Part shown: positions 1 to 11,656 of the stretch, piece after piece
Position numbering within the stretch: the first letter of the stretch is position 1
Layout: every line of letters starts with the position of its first letter
Assembly (NCBI GenBank): GCA_013239625.1
Contig: MU056558.1
Coordinates: 2,160,553-2,224,552, forward strand
Reading direction: 5' to 3'
From: Lama guanicoe
Lineage: Eukaryota
DNA: 64,000 nucleotides
Notes under the pieces: generated by a model
Databases searched by the model: none
What the model saw: the letters and a program-made list of their open reading frames with translations, nothing else
Told to the model about the DNA's origin: nothing
Translations under genes and position numbers: made by a program

Positions 1-11
1 GGGTACGGTGT

Positions 12-173
12 ATTTCATCCTCATGGCAACCATCTGCGTGTAGGGGCTATTGTTACACCTCTTTTACAGGCAAAGAAAGTGAGGAACAAAGAGGCTGAGA
101 AACTTGTCCAAGGCTGTCCCATTGACAAGCAGAGGAGCCAGGATTTGAACCCTGGCCAATGCTCTGGGGCCTG
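12..173 (-). mobile_element. MIR SINE
   Basis: ttttacaggcaaagaaagtgagg...aacttgtccaagg...gagccaggatttgaaccc is the reverse MIR core and B-box end. Confidence 0.75.
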
Positions 174-1599
174 CGATCTTGGCTGCTTGGCCGCGGCGAC
201 CTCTGCCCAGGGGATGGGGGCCTGCTTCTTTGGACCTGGCAGTGATCACTGGACAACACAGGGTGCCAGAAAGGCCCAGTTACCTTCTGTGGGAGTTCTG
301 ATTTTTTAAATACCCATAAAAATGAAAAACGACCAATACTTATCACTTTATGAATTATGACATAGAACCTCATGCCAGAATCCTGGGGGAATCTGGCCAA
401 CTCTAGGTAAGGAAGAAGGTTCTGCCTCCTAAAGTGGAAAGAGACTGCCTAAGAAATGGCAGGACGTCCAACCCCCTCCCCCTGCTCCCCCACCACCACC
501 CCGGTCAAGGTCAGCTTCGGCCAGGACGCCCAGGAGGCCATTGTCTTGAGGCTAAGGCATAGCCCTCAAAGGTTATTGCAGCCTCTTTAACTTTCTCTGG
601 CCCTTTAGAGACCACAGGTCCAGAGCAAAGAGACAGCCTGGGCAGGGAGAGGTGGGGCAGACATGAAGAGGGCACAGAGGGGTGGCAGAGGTCACCAGCC
701 CGGATGGATTGTTCTGGAACCGTAGACAGGGCAGAGGGAACAGGCCCTGCAGCAGCCTGGTATCCAGCAGGTGCTCAGTAAGTATTCCTGAGGAGGGGGA
801 GGAGGGCTTGGCCGGCTCCTCACTCAACCCTTGGAGGATTCAGGGTCCAAGCAGTGTCCAGCCTGGCTGGGGCCAAAGTCATGCACATCAGAGAGAGGCT
901 GTGCCCCGCCCCACCCCACCCCATACTGTGTGCTCCCCCAGGCAGCCTCGCTTCCTGTGGCTGTGGTCACCCGCCCTGGTACGCCCGGCGGCCCAGTGGT
1001 TATCAAGGCATCGGGCCCATACCCGTGGGTCGGCAGATAAGGGGCATGTTGGTGTCGCAATGAGGCGCGTGTGGCAATGGTTCACAGGTGGTCTCCGGGC
1101 CAGACAAAGGCCAGCCTCACTGGAAAGATGTTCATAAGAGGGCAGGCTGAGGACGCCATCTCGGGAGGCTTGGGAGAGCCAGAGCTGACCTCTCTGGGCC
1201 TGGTGGAACCTGCACAAACCAGGCTCATGGCCCCTTCAAGACCGTGATTTTCCAGAACCGTTCCCAGATGTAGTAAGTGCAGCCAGAACTGGCTAGGAAC
1301 TCCATTTAGGGCTGTCCATTTCAGAGATCTCTAATCTGGCCGTTCAGAGGGTTCCCCAGGAGGACAGCACAAGCCCCTGGACCCTCTCACTGGTCTTGGC
1401 CAATCAGATTGACAGGTGCTGCCCCACGCGCTGCCTGTCCTTAGCAAGCAGGCCACCCCTGGCCCACCCTGCCCTCCAGCCAGCGCACCTTGGCTCACCC
1501 CCAGCTTGCCTGGGCCAGTTCGTTGGATTGCAGACATTTATTGGAGAAGAACAGATGCCAAGCAGTTTCTAGGAGTGAGGAGACAGAGGAGAGGAAAAC

Positions 1600-2190
1600 C
1601 TATTTGTGAAGCTCTAGAGGGAAGAGAAACAAAATAAGTAAAACGTACAGTGTATTCAATGCTGACGAATACTACGGAGAACGTAAAACCAGGAAAGATG
1701 ATTGAGGGAGTCCTGGGAGTGATCTGTGGTTTTGAATAGGGTGATATTGGGGCCAAGTAAGACCCAGAGGGGCCGCAGGAGGAGAGGGGCAGCGGAGAGG
1801 GCTGGGGGACAAGGGCCAAGAGGCGAGGGGTCGGGCAGAGGAGGGGCTGTCTGGTGGTGGAGGGCGGCCTTTGGCGGCTGTGCTGAACAGAGACTGCAGT
1901 GGCCCGGTGAGGAGGTGACAGTGGTGAGGAGGTGGCAGGGCCCCGGCCTGGAGCCAGGACGTTCGAGATGGGAAGCCAGCAGGTTCTGGGCATGTTTTAT
2001 GCCAGGCCTGGTGAACCCAAAGACTCAGTGGTTATGGGGGAACCTGGTCCTCGTGTGATTTGGAAGGTAGGGCCAGCAGGATTTGTTGTCAGATCAAGGG
2101 TGACCCCAGGGTTTCGACTTGAGTGCCTGGAAGGATGGAATCGCTATGAAATGAGTTGGGGAGACTGGCTGGGGGTAGAGTCCAGACCAC
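1600..2190 (-). mobile_element. Degenerate L2 remnant
   Basis: tttggaaggtagggccagcaggatttg...gatcaagggtgaccccagggtttcgacttgagtgcctggaaggatgg resembles L2. Confidence 0.5.
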
Positions 2191-5100
2191 CTGTGCCTGG
2201 GGGGACTGGGGCAGCAGAGGGGAGAGCAGGGGAAAGAGCCGTCTCCAGCCAGGGTCACCCGTCTTGTGACAGGTCCCCCTGGACTTCATTTAGAATTTTT
2301 ATAAATGAACCACTGCTATGCATAAGGAAAAGCCAGCATAAAATCATTCAGGACATTTCTTGGAGCCGTGTCTGGTAAAGTTTGACGTTTGCTCCAGGGA
2401 GCATATGAAAGGCGTAATCAAGGCCTGAGTGCGGCAGCACCTGGGAGGCTGTGAGCAGATGCAATCACGGGCGCTGACAGCTGGGGGCGCCAGCCACCCT
2501 TCCCGAGGATGGTGCTGGGCTACGTGACCCGCAGACACCTGACAAGCCAGCTGTGGTGGTCATCTGTTGGCTGATCCTTCTCACCTTGGGATTCTTCTTT
2601 TCGGAGAGCACCCCAGGAATCTGGAACCAACGGCCTGGGCCCCCCTCAGAGACCCAGCTGCTTGGGCAGGCTTGATGGGTGTGCCAGCCTGCCCCGTGCC
2701 CAGTCCTCCTCCCTACTGCCCTGGGCAGAGGAGAAAGCCTTTGTGCTGACCTCTCTGTCCGAGATTTGGTCCCTCTAGGACAGGATGCAGGGGGGTCTGA
2801 TGCTGCTCCCCAAGCCTGGCAGAAGTCATGGCCACCAACAGCGGGGACCTCTTGTGTTACGTGCCCAGCTGAGGGGAGGTGGGGCCAGGAGGTGCAGGCC
2901 CCAGGCACTACCAGTACACCCTGGGTCCTATGAGTATGTGTGAGACATGGCAGGTTTTGGAAGCTCTGGCCAGATCATGATTTTCTGTCCCCAGGCCATG
3001 ACCCATTCAGAGTAGCCCCTAACCCTCCACTCCAGAGCCCCTCCAAGAGCAGCTACTTTTATGCTGCCCAGGAGGAGAACTGTATCGCTGGCCTGTCCTA
3101 GAGCACAGGTCCCTCTTTGCTAGAAAGCATTCTGCTAGTTTCCTGTGTTTATGTAAGAGAATGCCTCAGCCCCAAAGGAGTCATTGGTTGAGGCTTTACA
3201 GTTTTGCACCAGGGAGAGCGATCAGTGAGGGAAGAGGACTTTCCTCCAGAACAGTTGCCTTGCCAGGGCTGACCATGATGTGGGCAGGACCCTGCTGTAC
3301 CCACCTCCATCACCCAAGGGCCACTCCAGTTTGGCGTGGCTGGCTGGACAGTGGTAGAGCTCAGTGGTAGATGAGTCTGGGGGCATAGTGGCCCCCAGCA
3401 AAGGTCTTAGCCTTGCATGTAATAGGGCTAAAGGGCCAGTGGAACCCTTGGCCGGCCTCTTCTCTTGATGCCCTGCAGTCTCCTTTTTCTGGCAACTCCA
3501 AAGCGGGCCAATCTGGCCCAAGAGAGGGAGCAGCCAGGCGTGTTGGTTGGGGCTGTGAGCTGGCACAGGCTTGTAAGACCGGCATTGTTTCTCCTGCTGA
3601 ATGGGCACAGCATGGGAGTTGGGGTGTGGTGTCCCTGCCTCTGAGACAGTTCTCCAGGCCCAGGGAGCCGATGGGTCTGTTCACTGTGCCAGAAGCCCTG
3701 CCCCCGCCCCCCGGGGCTGTCCTTTGAGTGTCCTTCCTGGTTCCTGAATGCTCCACAAAATCTTGGCTGGCGACATCCTCGGGGCTTGCCTCTGGGCAGT
3801 GTGCCAGCCGGCGGGATGTGGAGGGTGATTTTCAGCTGTCAGGGCGGGGATCACCCATTGCTTTAATGCACTTCTCTCCTTTTATTTCACGGCTGGACAC
3901 TTCACTCCATCATTCCTCCTGCATTATTTCTTTCTGCCCATTTCACTGGCTCTGCTGTGCCTTGGTGGTTGCTGGGGAGAGCTGGGTATCTGATCCCGCG
4001 TGTTACCGAGCGTTGGGAACCCCACCTCTTCTGACAATGCGATGACATGACAGGAAGTGGTGAGGGTCAGCGAGAAAACAGGCCCCTCGCCACGTGCCCC
4101 ACGCACCTCCAGAAATCCCGTCGCAGCAGCTCTGATCCTACCACCCCCTCATGTCACTGGCTGCTTACCTGTAGCGGGCAATTTGGTTGGATTTGTTCCG
4201 ATGGGCTCTCTGCACTTAGCAGTTGAGAAAGAGATTTGTCATTTTGCTATAGAACATCAAACACACCGTGGCCTAAATGACTGTGACAACAGAGAGTTCA
4301 ACCACAGTCTAAAATTTCAGCATTATTTATGACGCCGAGAGGTCCAGTGTCTACGGGATCTCCTTAATCCAGTCTAAATCTGGAGTCCTGTCTCCCAGGC
4401 CTGCCCGTGTGTCTCTAATGGCTGTTAATAACAGTCCTCCAGGCGCCCTCTTTGCCGACGGAAAATCCATCTGAAGCTTTTGCATCTCATGTGGCTGTTA
4501 AAAATTGACGTCTCTTTATTGATGTAACTGGTTCCTGCCAAATACTTGGGGACAAATAAAAGTGATTGAACTCGGAGATAAGCAGAGAACCATTTGTTCA
4601 TGGAATTGCTGGCCAATTGATGTTGGTAGTTAAACAAGCTATCGTTTACAAGAACCTTGAAAGAAAAAAAGTAGACTGTTTTGAGAAGTTGGCGTCCAGA
4701 ATGCCAGGAACGGGCGATGCAGCCGTTCTGAGAGTCAGAGCCCCCGAGCTCTGGCGGCCTCCTCAGGCCTTGTCGCTTCTCCTCTCATGTGTCCTGCTTC
4801 TCTCTGCCTCGGGATCTCCTGCCTGCTCTGCCCTCTGCTGCAGACCCCCTCCTCCAGGAAGTCTTCCCAAGAGTCCCATTCCTTTGGCTGTGCTTTTGCA
4901 GCACGTGGCTCCTGCTTTGTCCAGCTTCACATGGTCACTGTTAGCCTCTCCGTGGACTGAGGACCTGGGTCTGCCCTGCCCATCCCGTGGTCACAGCACA
5001 TCATGGCTGGCGCATAGTAGGTATACGATGGCCTGATGAACGAGCCAGGGAGCTGGGTGTGATGGGTCTCTCCTGGCAGCTTCCCTTCCTGGGTCCCCCA

Positions 5101-5587
5101 GGGATGCAGGGGTGGGGATGGGTGGGCGCGCCAGGGAACACTGGCCTGGTTTTGGCCCGTCACCCTGCGGAGTAATTACTTTAGAGCAGCAACAAGTGGG
5201 GAAGATCGAGGAGGCAATATCATTGATTTTCCCATAAAGGTGCAATTTATAGTAAGTAAGAGAACCTTCCCGGCAGTTCCTTACCCGTCTTCACTGATGG
5301 GCCCGAGCCCCTACAAGGACAGTAGACAGAGTCACTCGGGCGACCTCATCTGTGGCAGCCGCCCGAGTTCCCCCTGGTGGGCATCAGGCTCATGGCCCAC
5401 TCCAGGGGCGGGTGTCCCCTCAGCACGGGTAGGACTGCAGCTCTGGCCCCGCTGGTCTTGGTCAGGCAAGAATAGCCTGTCTTGGGCCAGTGGCAGATGC
5501 TGGAGGGGGCTTGGTCTAACCTCCATGTGAGGTGGTGGGGCCCGCTGAGGAAGGCTGCCCGTCTGAGCCCTCGTCCTGTTCCACTAC

Positions 5588-5672
5588 TGCTCCTCCTCCA
5601 CCTCCTCTTCTCCCTCCCCCGACCTCTCCCTCCTCTCCCTCCTACTCCTCCATCACCTTTTCTCCTCTCTCT
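5588..5672. repeat. CT-rich low-complexity tract
   Basis: ctcctcctccacctcctcttctccctccccc...ctccctcctctccctcctactcctcc. Confidence 0.8.
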
Positions 5673-6134
5673 GATTCCTCTTGGCTAGAAGCAGCCCTGA
5701 AACCAAGCTGGGAGCCAAGAAGTTAGAGAGGCTCTGGGCCAGTTTGACCGCAAGCTTTTCCTCTCCTCCCCCAGCTCTGACTCGCCTTTTATTCTTCCTC
5801 TCTGCTTCCTGGAGGCCAGCCTCTTCCTCCACACCTGCTCCATCATCCAGTGACATTTGTTGAGGGATGTTCAGTGTCAGGTACCAGGCCAGCAGAGAAT
5901 CTGCTGAGAGCCTGGGGGGGACGCAGACCTGCAAATGGGCCTTGGACTAGTGCAAGCACCTTGGTGGGGCTAGTGGCAGAGACCAGGTCGGGGACACTGT
6001 GAGAATGTGGTAGGAGGGGCTGGAGGCAGCCCTCTGCCTGCAGCCCTTGGAGATTCTGACCCCCAGAATGCTGATATGAGTGAGAGCGGAGGATCATAGC
6101 ATCAGCACTTACATGACAACATCCAAAGTATGGT

Positions 6135-6175
6135 GGTCATTCCCATTTCACAGGTGAGGGGACTGAGGCCAGAGC
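6135..6175 (-). mobile_element. MIR core fragment
   Basis: cccatttcacaggtgaggggactgaggcc. Confidence 0.5.
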
Positions 6176-7849
6176 GGCCTGCTCAGGAGCCAGGACCACT
6201 ACCACCAGGGAGGGCCCTGCCTGAGACTGAACCAGGGGGTGGGTAGTGGGGCCTCTGTCTCCCAGCCAGACCCAGGCACCAGTTGTTCTTTGTCCTGGGT
6301 GTGGCCAGGTGAGGGGCCTGGTGCCCCCACCTCCTGACTACCTGTCTGTTCTGAGGGGCTGAACGGCGGGAAATGACAAAGGAGGAGACCTGCTGAGTCA
6401 CTCACCCCGGGGCCTCCGCTTGGCTTCCAGATCCTGTTTTTCATCACATTAATTGCATTTATTATTCATAAACTTCTAAAAGTGGCTTCTGCGGCCTTAA
6501 TTTTCCAAGCCCCCAGGCTGGCACAGCTGAGGCTCTCTGTGTCGGGCTCACCAGGGATCCGCTGTGCCTTTGAGCTGGGATCAGACGCTGGCTGATGCTG
6601 GCTGAGAGCCCTTTGAATTTGGAAATGAAAACAAAGGACCCTGGGCTTGGTGGCTTCCTGGCAGCCCAGAGAGGCTGGGTCTGTTCTCTCTGCCTAGAAG
6701 TGCCGGCTGGACAAGAAGTTGTCCCCTCAACTGCCTGTACTTGGTCACTCCCTCTCTGCCACCTGCTTGGTCCCACCTCATCCCTCAGCATCTCTTCTGG
6801 CCCGTGCCATGGTCCTGAGTGCCCCGCATGCACAGCAGGCCAGCACATCGGGGCTTCTTCCCCTGGGAAGCTGGTATCTCCCAGGCTCCCTCTTTCTGGT
6901 TCTCTTCAAATGTTTGGACCTGTCCAGTGCTTGTGTGGCCCCCGACGGCCCTGTCTCAGTCCCTCACTCAGGGCAGGGAGGCCTGGACCTCACGTGTTGC
7001 TCCCTGTACTTCCTCCTGTCCTTCTGATCCTGCTCCCGAGGCTGAGTGGACACTCAGAGGGCAGGACCTTCCCCAGCCACTTCTGCATGTCCCCGTCTGG
7101 CACCTTCCTCCCCGAGTTGAACTGGTTTGTGTTTTCCATTCCTTCTGCCTCATCCCCGATCAAGTTTCCATTTCTGCAGAGGTCTCTCCTTATAGATGAG
7201 GGGCGTCAGAGTCCATCTGCAGAAACACATGTTCCTGCCTCTGGGGCCGGGGAAAGGCCAGCCATGCTGTCGTACCACGGGGTAGGTCTGACTTCAGAAG
7301 GCCATTTCTGCCTGCTTTGCCCAAGCTGGCCGAGGGAGGCAGGACCCAGGCCTGGTGAGACGCTCTGATGCCTCACGCTTGGGTTCAACCCTCTAGTTCA
7401 TAAAATGATGGGCTTGAATGTTTCTTCTCTGCCAGGGAAAAAGTAGCAAACATGAAAACAGAGACGCTGAAATGGTCACTGGAGGATGACTGGCAACAAC
7501 CGCCAAAGCTGAGCATCCCACGCCTGGTGACCCACAGTTCCACGTGGCACACAACAGACACAGCAGGAGACCCATGCGAGAATGTTGTGTATGTGGGCTG
7601 GGAGTTCTCTAAGACCAGCAGGACCCAAAGCCTTGTGTGGAGATGGGTGGACTGCAGTATGTTTGTAAGATGAGCACCGTTGAGCAGTGAGGACGAACAG
7701 GTTGTTGCTGCACCCAAGGCCAGGGAGGGGCAGGCTTTCCCGTGAAGTCAGGGTCAAGAGAAGGAAGAATCATTCCACTGCCTGAAGTTCCCCACCAGGC
7801 AAAGCTTTGGTGATGGAGGAGCAGGGGGCAGCAGTGGCGCCTGGCAGAG

Positions 7850-7958
7850 GACTAGAAAGATTCTGCATCTTGATCTAAAGGGTTCATTTGTGAAACCTCG
7901 TCAATCTGGACACCTAAGATGTGTGCAGTGTATTGTGTGTATATTATATTTCAATAAA
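7850..7958 (+). mobile_element. L1M 3' terminus
   Basis: ttctgcatcttgatct...catttgtgaaacctc...acacctaagatgtgtgca...tattatatttcaataaa. Confidence 0.7.
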
Positions 7959-9779
7959 TAGGTTTAGGGGGAAAAAACCAAAACAACTCTTCAAAGCAGG
8001 GCTGCTGCTACAACAGTCTGGGCATGTCTCTTGTCCTGAGTGGCCCTTGTACCTTGCAAATTCATAGGCATCTCGGGAGCTACAGGCAGACACGGTAAGA
8101 TGACCATTTGTGTGCTTTCAGAATTATCCTGTTGGCCGATGACAGAGAGAAGATGAAAAGTTAAGTGTAATTTGGCAAAGTACTGCCTGGGCTGTCTGCT
8201 AAGGCCAGGACCTGAATATTGAGTCTATTAGAAGCAATTATAAAAGGGACAGCATTTTTTAATGTTTCTCATTTGACGGGAAGGTTTTTAAATATGGGGC
8301 ATTAGTTAATAAAAAGTCCCCAGAAGCCTATTGTAATATATTACCTAATTCCTACCAGTTCGTAGTCACTGAAATAGGTAAAAAGGGAATGTAAAATTAA
8401 TATATAGTTATTATTAAAATTGCCTTATAAATTAGTTAAGTGCCCTCGAGGTACCAAGTGGGCATCATTATTCTAAGACACTCTGAAGGGCCTCGGTGTG
8501 CCCTGTGTGTGTGCAGAGTAGGGAGCAGGGCTCAGGCTCCATCCTTAAGGATAAAACAGCTGCTCATGCTGGAAGAGGCGAGAGCTAGCAACCAGCCCAC
8601 AAAAATTTCATAAAGTCTTCTTTCCTAGTTATTGAAGTTTCTGGGGAGGCTGGCGTTTTGTGACCTCACCAGCCTTGTCCTGTGACCAGGGCAAGGAAGG
8701 CCAGGAGAGATAGCTGGATTCCCTTGGGGTGGAATTGACTGGGTACCACGTACAAGTGTTCATGTAGCTCCTGGGACCCTGGGGCCCACCAGTTGTCCCA
8801 GATCCGGGGAGTGGGAAGCAATTCCCTTTAAAGTGTCTTCCCCCCTGCTGCAGGCAGGTGGCTGGAGGGTCTGATGCCACACACCCAGTCACAGCTTGCA
8901 GGCAGTACAGCAGAGGGGGCTCAAGGGCCTCTGGGAGCCCCAACTTCTCACCTTTGCATGCAGCAGTGCATTGCATTAGGGGTGTAGAAGTTGTGAATGG
9001 AAATCCTTCAGATCTGAGCTGTTTGCTGAGTCCAGGTGCCTTTTCCAGGGGCGTTTGGTGGCTGTCATGCTTTATACGTCTTAGGGGAGGTTTGCCCTGT
9101 ACCTGCTCAATCTGTTGACAGCGGCAGGCTCATTTCCATGGAGCAGCACTGTCCTCTAGGCAGAGAGGCTTCCTTCTGCTCCCAGTGGGGATAAAGCTGG
9201 GGTTTCCCAGGGGCAAATTTGCTTCTTAAGTTGGCCCCTCAGAGCTGCACATAGAGCCCTATTCTGTCACTGGCTCCCTCCACTCATCAGGAGGCCAAGC
9301 CCTTCTTGTTTTCCTTGGGTGTGGGGGGTCCACGGAGGGCAGCACGTGTGGGGTGGGCAGCCAGAGGAAACAGGTGAGACTCTTTTCCAGCCAGTCTCTG
9401 ACATCCCCGACTCATGCTGCTGGAGGGATGCTTCCTCACGGGGACAGAATCCCATTCCAGAGAAGGCAGACAGGCGGGCTTTCGAAGCAGGGCTGAGCAG
9501 ACATTCCTGTGGCTTGTATTCCATACCCCATACCAAAGAGCCTGGTCTACAGAGTTTCTTTCTGCGTTGTCCCTCCAGCCAGGCTGAAGGTTTCTCACGG
9601 TGCTCCGCATGGGTGGCAGGCGGTGTGCACTTGCGACCCCTTGTGGCAGCTTTGCAGAGTCGTCCTGGATTGTGGCTGTGAGGGTCCTGTCCAGTGGGCC
9701 CAGCACATGGGGAAGCGGCCTGGTGGGGCCAGTGGGGCAAGGCTGGGTCCAGGGAAGCTGGTCTTCAACAGGTAGCTTT

Positions 9780-10516
9780 CATTTCTTCCAAAACATTTTC
9801 TAAAAGGAAAACAACTCTCTCGGATAAAAAGATATTACATGTGCCAGCAGGAAGTTCGGTCAACACTAAGCGTTATAGACAAGATATGAAAAGAGTCCAG
9901 GATACAAAGGTTCACTAGCCCCTGCCGCTTTAGCAGACATGCTCTGGGACTCTCCAGCGGCACAGCCAGACAGGCTTGGATCTGCTGGGACCGCGCTAGG
10001 CTGAGTCGTTCCTCCTTTGTGAAGTGGAAATCTCTTTCTGTTGGTGAACTCAACTCGGGCACTCTGCACTTGCGGGGCTCCGCCGTAATCCGCTTAGCAG
10101 CCCTCCACCGGGGCGGCCAGGTGGATTCCGACTTTACAGCATGAATAATGCTGCGATGATCAGCCTTATCTAGCCACCTCTTGGGTGTTAACTGATGATC
10201 TCTTTGGGGTAGATTCTTGCTAACGGAATTTGGGGAGTGTGTGGAGCTTTGATGCACAAAGCCCACTGCCCTCTAGAAGCTGTTCCCTGTCACAGCTTGG
10301 GTGGCGTTAATGTCAGTCTTGTGAGCACGTACTGCATGCTTGCTGGGAATTCTCTCATTTTAATCCCATGAGGTTCAGAGCGGCGTCTTTTGCACTTCAT
10401 AGCACACAGAGCCAGGAAGGCTTTGAGGAGCTGGCCCAAGATCCCACAGCAGGCAGATAGTTCTTAGAGGAGCCAGATGACCTCTCTCCAGAAACCGAGT
10501 TCTCAGCTACTGAGCT

Positions 10517-10557
<41 letters not shown>

Positions 10558-11250
10558 TGAAAGCCTGTGTGTCCACTCGGGCCTCAAAGTTAGCTATGTT
10601 GTTTTTATTATTAGTCATCTTTACCACACTGATAAGGGAAAAGTAATACCGCACCATTATTTCCACTTTTTTGATTATTGGCAAGGTTAAACTTCTCTTG
10701 CAGGTATTTCCTGGGCATTTGCCTTTGTGGCTTGTCTGTCCTTGGCAGTTTGTTATTGGGACGTTTGTAGGTTGACTTACTGATCTACAGGAGCACTTCA
10801 TAATAAGGCTCTTCATGTTACTGTTTGTCAAAGTATTTTTTCCCATTTGATATACAGAAATTTCAAATATAAAGTCAAATTGATCCTTTCTTGTATAGTT
10901 TATGCCTTTTGGATAGTTATGTAGACCGTCTGTGCTATCTCAGTACAATTCAATCATTTGCATGTTTTCTTCTATCTTTATAATTTTATGATTTTCTTTT
11001 AAAAAATATTTTCTGTACTATTATGAAATATTTCAACGCTGATATATGTAGTATGATACATCAATGTATCCATGTGATTTCGTTTTTTAATTTTTAACTC
11101 TTTAGATAAAGTGCATTTGAGAGTGACGAGCCCGCAAGGATTCTGGGGTTTTTTGCCCTCGCAAAATGACAAGTTGATCCACTGTCTTTGGAATAATGTG
11201 TTTGCCCTACTGACTTAGAACTCCACCTTCACTGTATTCTAAACTGTTAT
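9780..11250 (-). mobile_element. Old L1M fragments, interrupted by an (AC)n microsatellite
   Basis: aataatgctgcgatga...tctttggggtagattcttg...ggaattt and T-rich ttgattattggcaaggttaaacttctc...atttgcc segments typical of antisense L1M 3' regions. Confidence 0.55.
10519..10554. repeat. (AC)18 microsatellite
   Basis: Perfect dinucleotide run. Confidence 0.95.
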
Positions 11251-11251
11251 A

Positions 11252-11595
11252 TGTGTTAGTCAGCATAGGATAGCCATTGCTGCGTAACAACAGAGCTCCA
11301 TATCTCAGTGGCTCAGCCTAGTGACAGTTTATTTCTAATTTATGTTGCAGTCTGAGCAGGCCCCATGGCTCTCCTCCAGCAGTGTTGGGGCTGTTCCATT
11401 GCCTGACTCTGCCCTCTTTGAGAAGGGAGAGAGAAAGCACACAGAACTTAACCTCCACCCTTAAAAGTCTTGCCCAGAAGCAGCTCACGTCCCTTCCCTT
11501 CATACTCCCATTGGTGAGTCAGTCCCGTAGTCCCAGCCTAGCTGCAGGGAGGCTGAGAAATGTGCCCAGGATGAGGAACTGGAGTGGTGAGCACA
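11252..11595. mobile_element. MaLR solo LTR (MLT1J/K-like)
   Basis: tgttagtcagcataggatagcc...gctgcgtaacaac...atctcagtggct...cccattgg...ctagctgcagggaggctgagaaatgtg. Confidence 0.7.
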
Positions 11596-11620
11596 TGACC
11601 GGGGCTCGGCCTGAACAGAC

Positions 11621-11656
11621 GATGATGATGATGATGATGTGTGTGTTTGTGTGTGT
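11621..11656. repeat. (GAT)6 followed by an imperfect (GT)n
   Basis: gatgatgatgatgatgatgtgtgtgtttgtgtgtgt. Confidence 0.85.

Noticed and set aside
5101-5127. G-quadruplex-like runs (also about 16380-16460 and 28925-28946)
   Set aside because: Such G-runs are common throughout this GC-rich intron; nothing singles these out.
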